Source of the DNA: an uncultured bacterium
GTDB taxonomy: Bacteria; Krumholzibacteriota; Krumholzibacteriia; Krumholzibacteriales; Krumholzibacteriaceae
DNA length: 64,000 bases
Assembly (NCBI GenBank): GCA_965369375.1
Contig: CBDUQN010000005.1
Span: 4,053-68,052, forward strand
Reading direction: 5' to 3'
Shown in pieces: positions 41,196 through 49,547 of this stretch (position 1 is its first letter; each line of letters starts with the position of its first letter). The notes under the pieces were generated by a model. The model saw only the letters and a list, made by a program, of their open reading frames with translations, was not told where the DNA came from and made no database searches. The translations under genes were made by a program, and so were the position numbers.

Positions 41196-42350
41196 TCAGA
41201 TGCCATCGGCTCCTTCATAGCCTTCGCCATTCGCAACCGCCGCCATCCGATAGCACTCACGCGCCTTCCGCTTGTCATCCTGCTTCTCGTAACTGATCCC
41301 GAGACCGAAGTAGACTTTGGCATCGCCCGGATTGATCTCGGCAACCCGTTTGTAATACTCGACCGCTTCCCTCGGTTGCTCCATCTTGTTGAAGCACTCT
41401 CCGATATAGTAGAGTATGGAAGAATTCCCGGGGTTGAGTTTCGATGCATGTAAGAGATACTTGATCGCCTTCGGGTACACTCCCTTTCGATAGTAGAGCA
41501 GACCGAGATAATACTGCGCGTTGACATTGTCCGACTCGATTTTGAGGATCTTCTTGAACTCCTCCTTGGCTTCGTCGTACCGCCCTTCCTTCATCAACGC
41601 GACCCCGAGGTTGTTGAAACCCTCAACGCTCGATGAATCGAGCTCCAGTCCGATACGGAATTCCTTTATTGCCTGCTCACTGTCCCCTCTGTCGCCGTAG
41701 AGCGCTCCGAGATTGAAATGGGCTTCGGCACTCTTGGGGTTGTATTGTACCGCTTTGCGAAACTGCTGAAGCGCAGCGCTCTTCTTGTCGTTCAGATCGA
41801 GTATGTATCCGAGATTGGTATATGATTTCGAATGAGTAGGATCCAGTTCGATCGCCTTTCTGTACTGCTCCTCCGACTCTTCGAACTGGTGGTTCTTCAT
41901 GTATGCCACGCCGAGACGATAGTAGCATTCGGGATTCTCGGGTTCTTTCTTTATCGATTCCATGTGAAGCTTTATAGCTCCCTTGAAGTTGCCCCGTATC
42001 TCGAGAAGCCTTCCCATCCGATACGTCGGCAGGGCGAGCGTGGCATTCAGCTCGCTGAGTTTGCGGTATCCCTCGAACGAGAGCTCATACCTCCCTATCT
42101 GCTCGAGCAAGTTGCATGTCTCGTGAATGATCGTCTCATCGGCATCAGGGTGCTCGAGTATCGCCGAAAGCACTGCCTCGGCATTGTTTGTATTTTTTCG
42201 CTTGAGGTGATGGCGGGCGAGCTCGAGGATCTCATATATTCTTGCCTCTCCCCGTTTGAACTTCTTGTGCAGGCGAGCCAGCTCCCGGCTTTCCTCTTTG
42301 GTTTCCCCTCTCGCAAGTTCGAGAAATTTATCCCAGTTGAGACCCATCAC
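41196..42350 (-). CDS. TPR-repeat protein
   Basis: ~9 TPR units (AxxxYxxAIxxxPxxxxAxxNLG pattern repeated). Confidence 0.7.
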   Translation of the reverse strand: MMGLNWDKFLELARGETKEESRELARLHKKFKRGEARIYEILELARHHLKRKNTNNAEAVLSAILEHPDADETIIHETCNLLEQIGRYELSFEGYRKLSELNATLALPTYRMGRLLEIRGNFKGAIKLHMESIKKEPENPECYYRLGVAYMKNHQFEESEEQYRKAIELDPTHSKSYTNLGYILDLNDKKSAALQQFRKAVQYNPKSAEAHFNLGALYGDRGDSEQAIKEFRIGLELDSSSVEGFNNLGVALMKEGRYDEAKEEFKKILKIESDNVNAQYYLGLLYYRKGVYPKAIKYLLHASKLNPGNSSILYYIGECFNKMEQPREAVEYYKRVAEINPGDAKVYFGLGISYEKQDDKRKARECYRMAAVANGEGYEGADGI

Positions 42351-42504
42351 TTAAATCCCTCCAACAGGAAGCTTCCGTAACACCCTTGCCAACCGTAGGC
42401 TAGCCCATTGATTTCCGATGTGTCAAGATTAATTTACCGATCGTGCGTCCAGGCCTATCCGTGCTGTTGCTTGAATGAAACGGTGGCAGGTAGAGGTCGG
42501 GAAA

Positions 42505-42939
42505 TCAGTAGCGCCGACGCATCATGTACGGCGAATAGCGGCTCTGACTGTACTGGAATCTGAGGAGAAACGTGTCATTCGGCTTGTATGTCAAATCGAT
42601 GTTCGGCAAGAATAATCCAGGGCTCGCATATGCTTCGCCCCCCGTCATCATCGATCCGACACCCACATCCCAATGCAGGGTGAGAGACCTGCTCAATTTC
42701 AAAGCGAAGTGTCCGAGGTAGTATCCCATGCCGAAGGAGCCGTAATTGTTCGATGAAGAATATGAAAAACCGACGGAACTGTGAAACTCGAGGCCCCGTA
42801 TGTGCAAAAAACTCGGCGTCAGCTGAGGATTGAGATAGCTTTCGAAAACGCTCTGTTCCTCGATCGTGTCTTGCCCGACGATCGAAACGGGAACGAGGAA
42901 GAAGATGAAGATGGTGATAAGAACACCGTACAACTTCAT
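42505..42939 (-). CDS. Small secreted/outer-membrane beta-rich protein
   Basis: Signal peptide MKLYGVLITIFIFFLVPVSIVGQ; Ser/Tyr/Gly-rich beta segments; abuts the upstream receiver gene. Confidence 0.35.
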   Translation of the reverse strand: MKLYGVLITIFIFFLVPVSIVGQDTIEEQSVFESYLNPQLTPSFLHIRGLEFHSSVGFSYSSSNNYGSFGMGYYLGHFALKLSRSLTLHWDVGVGSMMTGGEAYASPGLFLPNIDLTYKPNDTFLLRFQYSQSRYSPYMMRRRY

Positions 42940-42940
42940 G

Positions 42941-43312
42941 CTACGCCCGAATCTCACTGCGCTGACCGAGGAGCTCCCGTATCTTCGATTTCAGAGGATC
43001 CAGATCAACAGATTTGACGATGTAGGCATCGGCCGCCCACGTCTTGAAATCATCCTTGTAGACGGAATAGGCCGAATTGATGATAACGGGTAACTCCTTG
43101 CGGCGCTGTGCCAATTCATTTAAACAGTCGATGCCGCTCTCTTCTCCCAGTTTCAAATCGAGGATCACGAGATCCGGTGATTCCTGTTCGATGATACGGA
43201 ACACTTCATTCATATCAGATGCGGAAACCGTATCGTAACCCTCGTTTCGCAACTCCTCACTATAGAGTTTTCGTACGTTCACCTCGTCATCGACTATCAG
43301 GATCTTTGCCAT
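42941..43312 (-). CDS. Stand-alone CheY-like response regulator receiver domain
   Basis: MAKILIVDDE...DLVILDLKLGEESG...IINSAYSVYKDDFKTWAADAYIVKS: DD pair, phosphoacceptor Asp (LDLKL) and conserved Lys present; 123 aa. Confidence 0.75.
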   Translation of the reverse strand: MAKILIVDDEVNVRKLYSEELRNEGYDTVSASDMNEVFRIIEQESPDLVILDLKLGEESGIDCLNELAQRRKELPVIINSAYSVYKDDFKTWAADAYIVKSVDLDPLKSKIRELLGQRSEIRA

Positions 43313-43409
43313 CTTCCACTCCTTGGCGGTATAACACGGTGCACCCGAAGAGCCTATAGTTCCATATTGTCAGGAAACTCATACTACGTCAAGCACTTTC
43401 AGCAGGCGA

Positions 43410-44510
43410 TCAGTGGGACTCGATCTTGACCTCGAGGATGACCTTGACCGGTATTTCCTTGTCGATTTCGCTCTTTGATATCCGAACGGGAACACGAATC
43501 ACCTTCTCGAGCGGTTTCGGCGCGTCGGCGACTTCCACGGCCGTTTCTTCCCGGGATTTCGAAGGCTTTGTCTTCTTGCCTAACTTATCGAGCGGATCGC
43601 TTATTATTTCCATATTCTCCTGGGGATCAACCGTTTCCTTTTGCTCTTCGTTATTCAAATCCACCAGATGGCCGTAATCCTCGTATCCGTCCCTCGTAGC
43701 GCCGAGGTTCACACCCTCGTGAGACTGTTCCTTCTCCTTGAGAACGTTATCGACAAACTCAGAGACAGACTCGTGCTCCTCTTCTCTCTTCTCTGCATGT
43801 ATTAAAGACTCGCTCTCGCCTGTCTCTGAGTCACGTAAACGAGACTTTCCCTTTGCAACCACCTCGGCACAAACCGATGAATTATCCGAGGTGCTCTTCG
43901 ATTTGCTTTCGCTGCCAATTTCCCTGAGCTCTTCCTGCATTTTCATGAATACGAGGCGCGCGACCTCCTCGAAGGTCTCATAAACTCCGTCACCGTTCGT
44001 AGCGATGCCTTCGAATGTGGGAACTTTGAATGTGTTCAATTCCTTTTCCATCATTTTCGCGTCCAGGCAGTTTGGCAGGTCACGCTTGTTGAATTGGAGC
44101 ACCCATGGGATGCTCTTGAGAGTCAATCCGAGATCGTTGAGATTATCCTCGAGGTTCTGAATGCTTTCCTTGTTGCCTTCCATTTTCTCGGGCGCCGAAT
44201 CCGAGACAAAAACGAGTGCATCGACACCCTTGAGCACCAGCTTCCTCGTGGCGTTGTAGTACACCTGCCCCGGTACGGTATAGAGGAGAAATCGCATTTT
44301 GAATCCGTTGATCTCACCGACATCTATTGGCAGAAAATCGAAAAACAGGGTTCGATCGGTGCGCGTCTTCATCGAGATCATCTTGCCCTTGTTCTCCTTG
44401 GGCAGCTTTGAATACATGAATTCGAGGTTTGTCGTCTTGCCACTGAGGCCGGGCCCGTAGTAGACGATCTTTATATTGATTTCACCGCCGGCATAATTTA
44501 TTACAGCCAT
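43410..44510 (-). CDS. MglA-like Ras-family small GTPase with ~165 aa acidic low-complexity C-terminal extension
   Basis: The first ~200 aa align closely with Myxococcus MglA (INYxxxEINxKIVYYGPGLxGKTTNLxxxY...TDRTLFFDFLP...GFKxRFxLYTVPGQVxYxAxRKLxLKGVDxxVFVxDS...FNKRDLP). Followed by an E/K/S-rich extension absent from canonical 195-aa MglA. Good SD (AAGGAGAG). Confidence 0.75.
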   Translation of the reverse strand: MAVINYAGGEINIKIVYYGPGLSGKTTNLEFMYSKLPKENKGKMISMKTRTDRTLFFDFLPIDVGEINGFKMRFLLYTVPGQVYYNATRKLVLKGVDALVFVSDSAPEKMEGNKESIQNLEDNLNDLGLTLKSIPWVLQFNKRDLPNCLDAKMMEKELNTFKVPTFEGIATNGDGVYETFEEVARLVFMKMQEELREIGSESKSKSTSDNSSVCAEVVAKGKSRLRDSETGESESLIHAEKREEEHESVSEFVDNVLKEKEQSHEGVNLGATRDGYEDYGHLVDLNNEEQKETVDPQENMEIISDPLDKLGKKTKPSKSREETAVEVADAPKPLEKVIRVPVRISKSEIDKEIPVKVILEVKIESH

Positions 44511-44678
44511 CTTCCTCTGCTCTCCTTTGCTTCGGCCGGGGTGTCCCTTCCTTCCCTCGCGCTCTCTCGATGCACAGACAAGGAAACAGTCGCTTCAAGC
44601 AGGCTAACGTTACTCGAGTTAGGGTGTTCACTAAACGTTACCTGACGGAAGTGCCCACCCCGGCAGTAACGACTTTCC

Positions 44679-44694
44679 GCAAGGAGTGTGCCAC
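44679..44694 (-). promoter_or_regulatory. Sigma54-type -24/-12 promoter element upstream of the mglA-like gene
   Basis: Minus-strand sequence TGGCAC-ACTCC-TTGC matches the RpoN consensus TGGCAC-N5-TTGC exactly in both boxes and spacing. It lies ~170 nt upstream of the start codon and is correctly oriented. Confidence 0.35.
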
Positions 44695-44852
44695 GGGCCC
44701 GAGGCGACGCTCTTTTTTATCTGATTATATTTCAAGTGGTTATATCAGTTGAAGGCATAAAAAAGCAAGCCTTCCCGAGATAATGAGAGGGAATCGATGA
44801 AATGTGCAATCATCTATTGCTGGAGCTGCTACGAATCGCCTGCCGAGTTATC

Positions 44853-45206
44853 TCAATCGGGCGGACAGAGGGCGCCGCTGCAATCGAGGAAGAGATCGAT
44901 CGCGCTCCCATCGCTGACAGAGACCGATTCCGTCCAGCAGAAATACTTTCCCTCATCAGCGAGGATGGCATTGCTGTGAACGTAAACCGAATACGATCCC
45001 GCGGGAATCTCGATAAGCGCAGGCTCCTCGCTCGATACTCTGCCCCAATACTCGTCATTGATGAAAACAGAGGCGGGAAATGACACGCAGTTGCTGAATC
45101 TCAACCAGACACCGGTTGCCTGCTGCTCAACGACCTTGTCCTCACAACTCGTGAAAACGCCCGTAATGAGGATCAGGATAATCGCCAACACACCGATCCG
45201 CTTCAT
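44853..45206 (-). CDS. Small lipoprotein of unknown function
   Basis: Signal peptide + lipobox (ILILITGVFTSC). Confidence 0.35.
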   Translation of the reverse strand: MKRIGVLAIILILITGVFTSCEDKVVEQQATGVWLRFSNCVSFPASVFINDEYWGRVSSEEPALIEIPAGSYSVYVHSNAILADEGKYFCWTESVSVSDGSAIDLFLDCSGALCPPD

Positions 45207-45322
45207 AAAAACCTCCTTGGCCCGTTCATATGCGAAAGCGCTCCTCTTGTCAAGGATCGGCTAAATTCTCACATTAGAAAATAACAAATCAGGAATTGTC
45301 AAACAACAGAAAAATGGGCGGG

Positions 45323-45715
45323 TTATGAGGATAGTTTCTCACCGCACCACGGACAGTACCGATGAAGGGTGTTCACCTGTTTGCCGCATTCAGAGCATAT
45401 GATGCTGTCTTCATTTCTTCCGTCGAGATTGAATCCGAGCGGATCGCGTCTGAGTTCCTTCAGCCTGTCATAGAGCTCCTGGGCCTTGGCCAGAACAAAC
45501 TCGTATTTGCCCTTGTCGCAATGAACCACGATTTTCGGATACAGCTCCCCACCCTCTATCCTGACATCATCAATCGTGCAAAAATCGATGGAAAGATCCT
45601 TGATGCCGAATGATGCCTCGATATTGGATACCTGGAAGTTGATATGCCTGTCGGTAAGCTCCAGAATTCCGCGCGCGGCAATGAGCCTACTCACATAGTA
45701 TATCGCTTTTTGCAT
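45323..45715 (-). CDS. Hypothetical protein with C-terminal CxxC...CxxC zinc ribbon
   Basis: SECGKQ...CPWCG at the C-terminus; N-terminal ~100 aa beta-rich (possibly PH/GRAM-like). The track start at 45745 uses a TTG codon and overlaps the divergent plus-strand gene; trimmed to the Met in MQKAIYYV. Confidence 0.35.
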   Translation of the reverse strand: MQKAIYYVSRLIAARGILELTDRHINFQVSNIEASFGIKDLSIDFCTIDDVRIEGGELYPKIVVHCDKGKYEFVLAKAQELYDRLKELRRDPLGFNLDGRNEDSIICSECGKQVNTLHRYCPWCGEKLSS

Positions 45716-45807
45716 GAAAATCGTTTTTTCACTTGATATGTGCAATCCCTATCCTCCGTGGAGCAATTTACGAATGCTGCTGCCAGAATTGTGCCACTTT
45801 AAGATTC

Positions 45808-45836
45808 TTGACAATAAATTGCTTCGGTCATATTCT
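45808..45836 (+). promoter_or_regulatory. Sigma70-like promoter (TTGACA-17-TATTCT) for the plus-strand acyltransferase/GT4/MFS operon
   Basis: Perfect -35 hexamer, 17-nt spacer, 4/6 -10. It lies ~10 nt upstream of an in-frame GTG (45847), which suggests a near-leaderless start. Confidence 0.3.
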
Positions 45837-45846
45837 CCTACAAATC

Positions 45847-46692
45847 GTGACTGGACTTGGTAAAATCAGCTTTACGCTGGCGGCTGTCGTCCTTGATCTG
45901 CTACCCATGCGTGTACGCACGTGCATAGCAGATGCTTCCGGTGCCTTGCTTTATGCGCTCGTGCCGGCCTGGAGGCGCAACATTCGGGAGAACCTCTCAC
46001 GTATCGGTGTCGAGGCTTCAAAGGAAGTTGTGCTCGGTATCTTGAAGAACCATTCGATGAACATAATGGATATGTTCGCCTCCTCACGGTGGCGGACGCC
46101 GGAAATACAGAAGAAATTCACCTTCGAGGGAAAGGAGGTGCTCGATGACGCGCTCGCCGAGGGAAAGGGCGTCATAGCGGTTACCGCGCACATCGGAAAC
46201 TGGGAACTCGCCGCGCTCTACCTGAGCTCTCTCGGATATAACCTCCACATCGTAGCGGGAGTTCAGCTGAACCGGGTTTTGAGTGAAGCGGTCAAGGAGG
46301 CGAAGGAAAAGTGGGGCATAGAAGTAATCAACCCGAAGCACTCATACCGGCGATTGTTCAAAGCACTCGCCTCGAACGGCATTGTGGTGCTGCTCGTCGA
46401 CGGAGACATTTACATCGGTAGCGCTAAAATCGATTTCTTCGGCCAACAAGCCACGATGCCAAGAGGACCGGTGCAGCTCGGCCGCAGAAGCGGCGCTCCG
46501 GTCATCGGAGGATACTGCAGGCGCATGCCGGGGGACCGCTACCGGGTTCACCTCGAAGAGGTGCTCTCGGGAAAAGAGGCCGCTTCGCTTCCGGAAAAGG
46601 AGGCGCTCAGACGGCTGTACCGCCCCGTTGAACGGTTTATCAGGGACAACGGCGATCAATGGTGCATCTTTCGCCGATTATGGGGAGCATGA
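45847..46692 (+). CDS. Lysophospholipid/lipid A acyltransferase family protein (HtrB/LpxL/PatA-like)
   Basis: HX4D-type motif AVTAHIGNWELAAL; conserved LPLAT architecture. Start uncertain: the track ORF begins at a TTG at 45733 and overlaps the divergent gene. GTG 45847 and ATG 45907 are alternatives. Confidence 0.55.
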   Translation: MTGLGKISFTLAAVVLDLLPMRVRTCIADASGALLYALVPAWRRNIRENLSRIGVEASKEVVLGILKNHSMNIMDMFASSRWRTPEIQKKFTFEGKEVLDDALAEGKGVIAVTAHIGNWELAALYLSSLGYNLHIVAGVQLNRVLSEAVKEAKEKWGIEVINPKHSYRRLFKALASNGIVVLLVDGDIYIGSAKIDFFGQQATMPRGPVQLGRRSGAPVIGGYCRRMPGDRYRVHLEEVLSGKEAASLPEKEALRRLYRPVERFIRDNGDQWCIFRRLWGA

Positions 46693-46693
46693 T

Positions 46694-47851
46694 TTGAATA
46701 TCGGCATCGTCACACAATCGTACTACCCGAGACCGGGGGGAGTCGCGGAAGTCGTACATCATACCGCATGGGTGCTCTCGCAGCGCGGCCATAACGTCAA
46801 GATCATCACCACCAATTACAGCGCAAAAATGGATAGCGATCCGAATATAATCCGGATCGGAAGGAACCTGCTCATACCGAACAACGGCGCATGGGCCAAT
46901 GTTACGGCCGGATTCGGACTTGCCTCACAGCTCGAGGAGATATTCCAACGAGAGGCGTTCGATATCATTCAGATACACTGCCCCCTGACCCCGACATTGC
47001 CCCTGCTCACATTCAATGCGGCCCGCGAGGGGCAAAAGATCGTCGGCTCTTTTCATGCCGCAGCGGAAAGCCATTTGGGTTATTCGATCTTTCGGCGGCA
47101 GCTTCGCTCGAGAGTCGAGCGGCTCGATGCGCGGGTCGCCGTGTCGGAGGCTGCAATGAAGTTTGCAAGTCGTTATTTTCCGGGAAATTATGATATTGTT
47201 CCGAACGGGATCGACTGTGAGCGGTTCCACCCCGACGTTCCTCCCGTCGAAGAGCTGACCGACGATTGCCTCAATCTGCTCTACGTCGGCAGACGGGATC
47301 GGAGAAAGGGTCTCACCTACCTATACCGGGCTCTGCCGCTCGTCCAGAAGAGACTCGGCCGCAAGATCCGGCTGATTCTCGTCGGCGACGGAATGCTGGG
47401 TGGGCGGTTGATACCGAAACCTCTCTTTCTCGGCGGCGCCGAGATCGTCACCATCGGACGCGTTTCACCGGAGATGCTCCCCCGATACTACGCCTCCGCA
47501 GATATCCACTGCTCGCCGGCGATCGGCAGGGAGAGTTTCGGCATCGTGCTCCTCGAGGCGATGGCGTCGGGAATACCGGTTATCGCGAGTGATATTCCCG
47601 GCTTTCGCAGCGTCGTCTCGCCCGGACGCGAGGGATTCTTGGTTGCACCGCGCAGCACCGAACGTCTCGCCGAAGCAATTCTGGCCATGGGGACAGATTC
47701 GCGGCTGAGATCCGAGCTCGGATCTCGGGGCAGGGAAAAGGCTCTGCAGTACCATTGGCCGATCGTCACCGATAAGCTCGAAGGGATTTTTTACCGAATT
47801 ACCGGTATGCGGCCGGCGCGCCCGGCGCCCGCATACCAATCTGCAGGATGA
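46694..47851 (+). CDS. GT4 family glycosyltransferase, PimA-like (phosphatidylinositol mannosyltransferase-like)
   Basis: N-terminus NIGIVTQSYYPRPGGVAEVVHHTAWVLSQRGHNV resembles mycobacterial PimA MRIGMVCPYSFDVPGGVQSHVLQLAEVL; GT4 E(x7)E motif ESFGIVLLEAMASGIPVIASDIPGF. Probable TTG start right after the acyltransferase stop with GGGGAG SD. The track's longer ORF (from 46382) is in frame but overlaps the upstream gene. Confidence 0.65.
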   Translation: MNIGIVTQSYYPRPGGVAEVVHHTAWVLSQRGHNVKIITTNYSAKMDSDPNIIRIGRNLLIPNNGAWANVTAGFGLASQLEEIFQREAFDIIQIHCPLTPTLPLLTFNAAREGQKIVGSFHAAAESHLGYSIFRRQLRSRVERLDARVAVSEAAMKFASRYFPGNYDIVPNGIDCERFHPDVPPVEELTDDCLNLLYVGRRDRRKGLTYLYRALPLVQKRLGRKIRLILVGDGMLGGRLIPKPLFLGGAEIVTIGRVSPEMLPRYYASADIHCSPAIGRESFGIVLLEAMASGIPVIASDIPGFRSVVSPGREGFLVAPRSTERLAEAILAMGTDSRLRSELGSRGREKALQYHWPIVTDKLEGIFYRITGMRPARPAPAYQSAG

Positions 47852-49083
47852 CATCACGGAATAATCAAACGCCGCACTTGCCCGCCTACCTCTTTATCAT
47901 GTTCTGGCTCGCTCAGGCGATATCGCTCTTCGGTGACCGGCTCAACAACTTCTCTCTTCTCGCGCTGATAAACGAATTCTCCCCGGACCCCGCACTGACA
48001 CTCTCCAAGATCTACCTATTCATGTTCCTGCCGATCTATACGCTCTCGCCCTTGATCGGCGCCGTCCTCGACCGGCTCAACAAACGCTGGGTTCTCGTCA
48101 TCACCGATATTTTCAGGGGCGCAATCGTCTTCTTGATACCGCCGCTCTTCATACGATCGGGTAGCTTTGCACCGATAATGGGCATCGTCTTTCTCTCCAC
48201 GACGGGAAACCTCTTCTTTCTGCCCGCCAAGTCGAGTCTCATACCTGAGCTCGTCGACCGGGAGCGCCTCGTGCGGGTAAACTCCCTGCTCTGGGCCGCG
48301 GGAATCGCGGGCGTTATCGGCGGTTTTCTCGGCGGCGGTCTCATCTACGACTATGTCTCATGGGAATCATGCTTCTACATAGACGGGGCCACCTATATCC
48401 TGTCGGCCGCTCTCCTTCTCGGGATAGCGCTTCACCGCGGCCCGGCCCGGCACACCGAGGTGCACGACGTAGAACACCCGACGATAGTCTCGTCGATCGT
48501 CACAGGAGTACGGGCGATACGGCACACACGCGGAATCATGCGCTTCCTCGGAATCCAGATGCTTATCTTTTTCGGGGCCGGGGGATTCAGTGTTCTCGCG
48601 CTCGAGCTGATAAATGAGGTTTCACCGCCGGGGAGCTCTCTGGGCATCAGCGTTGCGGGCCTCGCGGTGGGGCTCGGAATGGGCATCGGCTCGTTGCTTG
48701 TAAACAAAGTTCCCGAAGGCAGTTACAGGCGTGCTGAGATTGTTTTCATCTTTCTTTTCGCGCCAGCTGCGGTGCTGTTGGCCGCCGAAAAGAGTCTCGT
48801 CACAATAGGTATAGGCGCTCTGGCCGGCGGATTCTGCGCAGCGCCCCTCGTTATTCTCTCCGAGGCGGAGCTCCAGAAAAATACCCCGCAGGAGTTGCGC
48901 GGTCGTGTATTTTCCTTTCGCGAGATCTTGACGCGCACCTGCTTTCTTGCTTCGGCGTTCATCTTCAGCGCGGCGGGCCGCCATGCAGACAATGGAACAC
49001 TGATCATTCTGCTTGGTCTCGTTCTTGCATCGACAGGAATAATTTGGATGAGAGCAATGGATAGAAGAGATAAGCACTTGTAA
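47848..49083 (+). CDS. MFS transporter
   Basis: 12 predicted TM helices; start overlaps the GT4 stop (ATGA). Confidence 0.7.
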   Translation: MTSRNNQTPHLPAYLFIMFWLAQAISLFGDRLNNFSLLALINEFSPDPALTLSKIYLFMFLPIYTLSPLIGAVLDRLNKRWVLVITDIFRGAIVFLIPPLFIRSGSFAPIMGIVFLSTTGNLFFLPAKSSLIPELVDRERLVRVNSLLWAAGIAGVIGGFLGGGLIYDYVSWESCFYIDGATYILSAALLLGIALHRGPARHTEVHDVEHPTIVSSIVTGVRAIRHTRGIMRFLGIQMLIFFGAGGFSVLALELINEVSPPGSSLGISVAGLAVGLGMGIGSLLVNKVPEGSYRRAEIVFIFLFAPAAVLLAAEKSLVTIGIGALAGGFCAAPLVILSEAELQKNTPQELRGRVFSFREILTRTCFLASAFIFSAAGRHADNGTLIILLGLVLASTGIIWMRAMDRRDKHL

Positions 49084-49102
49084 CATCATCTGAGGGGTCA
49101 GG

Positions 49103-49543
49103 ATGCAGATCACGGAAAAAATTCTCAAAGAGGTATTTCACAGGCTCCTGAACACGGAGCCAAAACAGGAAGTGCTCGAAAAGCTGCAGGGAATCATCGA
49201 TGGGATAATGGATAAATTCCAGGAGACCTTCAAGCTCGATACGATCCAGCGCCAGAACACTTTCAGGGCGATTATCTGCAGCATGTTCGTGCACGGATGG
49301 GGACTGGGAATGCATCCGTACAACAATCCCAACAAGAATCTCGATGGAAGAGAGATAGAGGTACGTGTCAGCAAGGACATTCTGCTGCCGCTCGAGTATG
49401 TAAAGGCTCTGCGATACGTGAAGAAGGACGAGCAGGGGAGGGTGAAGCAGGTACTCTTCGAGCCCGATCAGAATCAGCGCGTCAGGCGCCATATAGACAC
49501 GTTGCTCGACAAGATTGCCAAGGAAAAGTGGGGAGAACAGTAA
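49103..49543 (+). CDS. Hypothetical protein
   Basis: 146 aa, no recognisable motif; last gene of the plus-strand operon. Confidence 0.3.
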   Translation: MQITEKILKEVFHRLLNTEPKQEVLEKLQGIIDGIMDKFQETFKLDTIQRQNTFRAIICSMFVHGWGLGMHPYNNPNKNLDGREIEVRVSKDILLPLEYVKALRYVKKDEQGRVKQVLFEPDQNQRVRRHIDTLLDKIAKEKWGEQ

Positions 49544-49547
49544 CGCC

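Noticed and set aside
44511-44852. Possible SRP (4.5S) or other ncRNA in the 342-bp gap upstream of the mglA-like gene
   Set aside because: A CCUGACGGAAG stretch loosely resembles the SRP domain IV GGAAGCAGC motif, but the conserved AGCAGCC and the tetraloop are absent. The region is better explained as promoter plus 5' UTR.
45733-45745. Apparent divergent overlap of the acyltransferase (plus) and zinc-ribbon (minus) gene starts
   Set aside because: Both track ORFs start at TTG codons far upstream of the conserved region. Internal ATG/GTG starts (45715 minus; 45847 or 45907 plus) remove the overlap and leave room for the TTGACA-17-TATTCT promoter.
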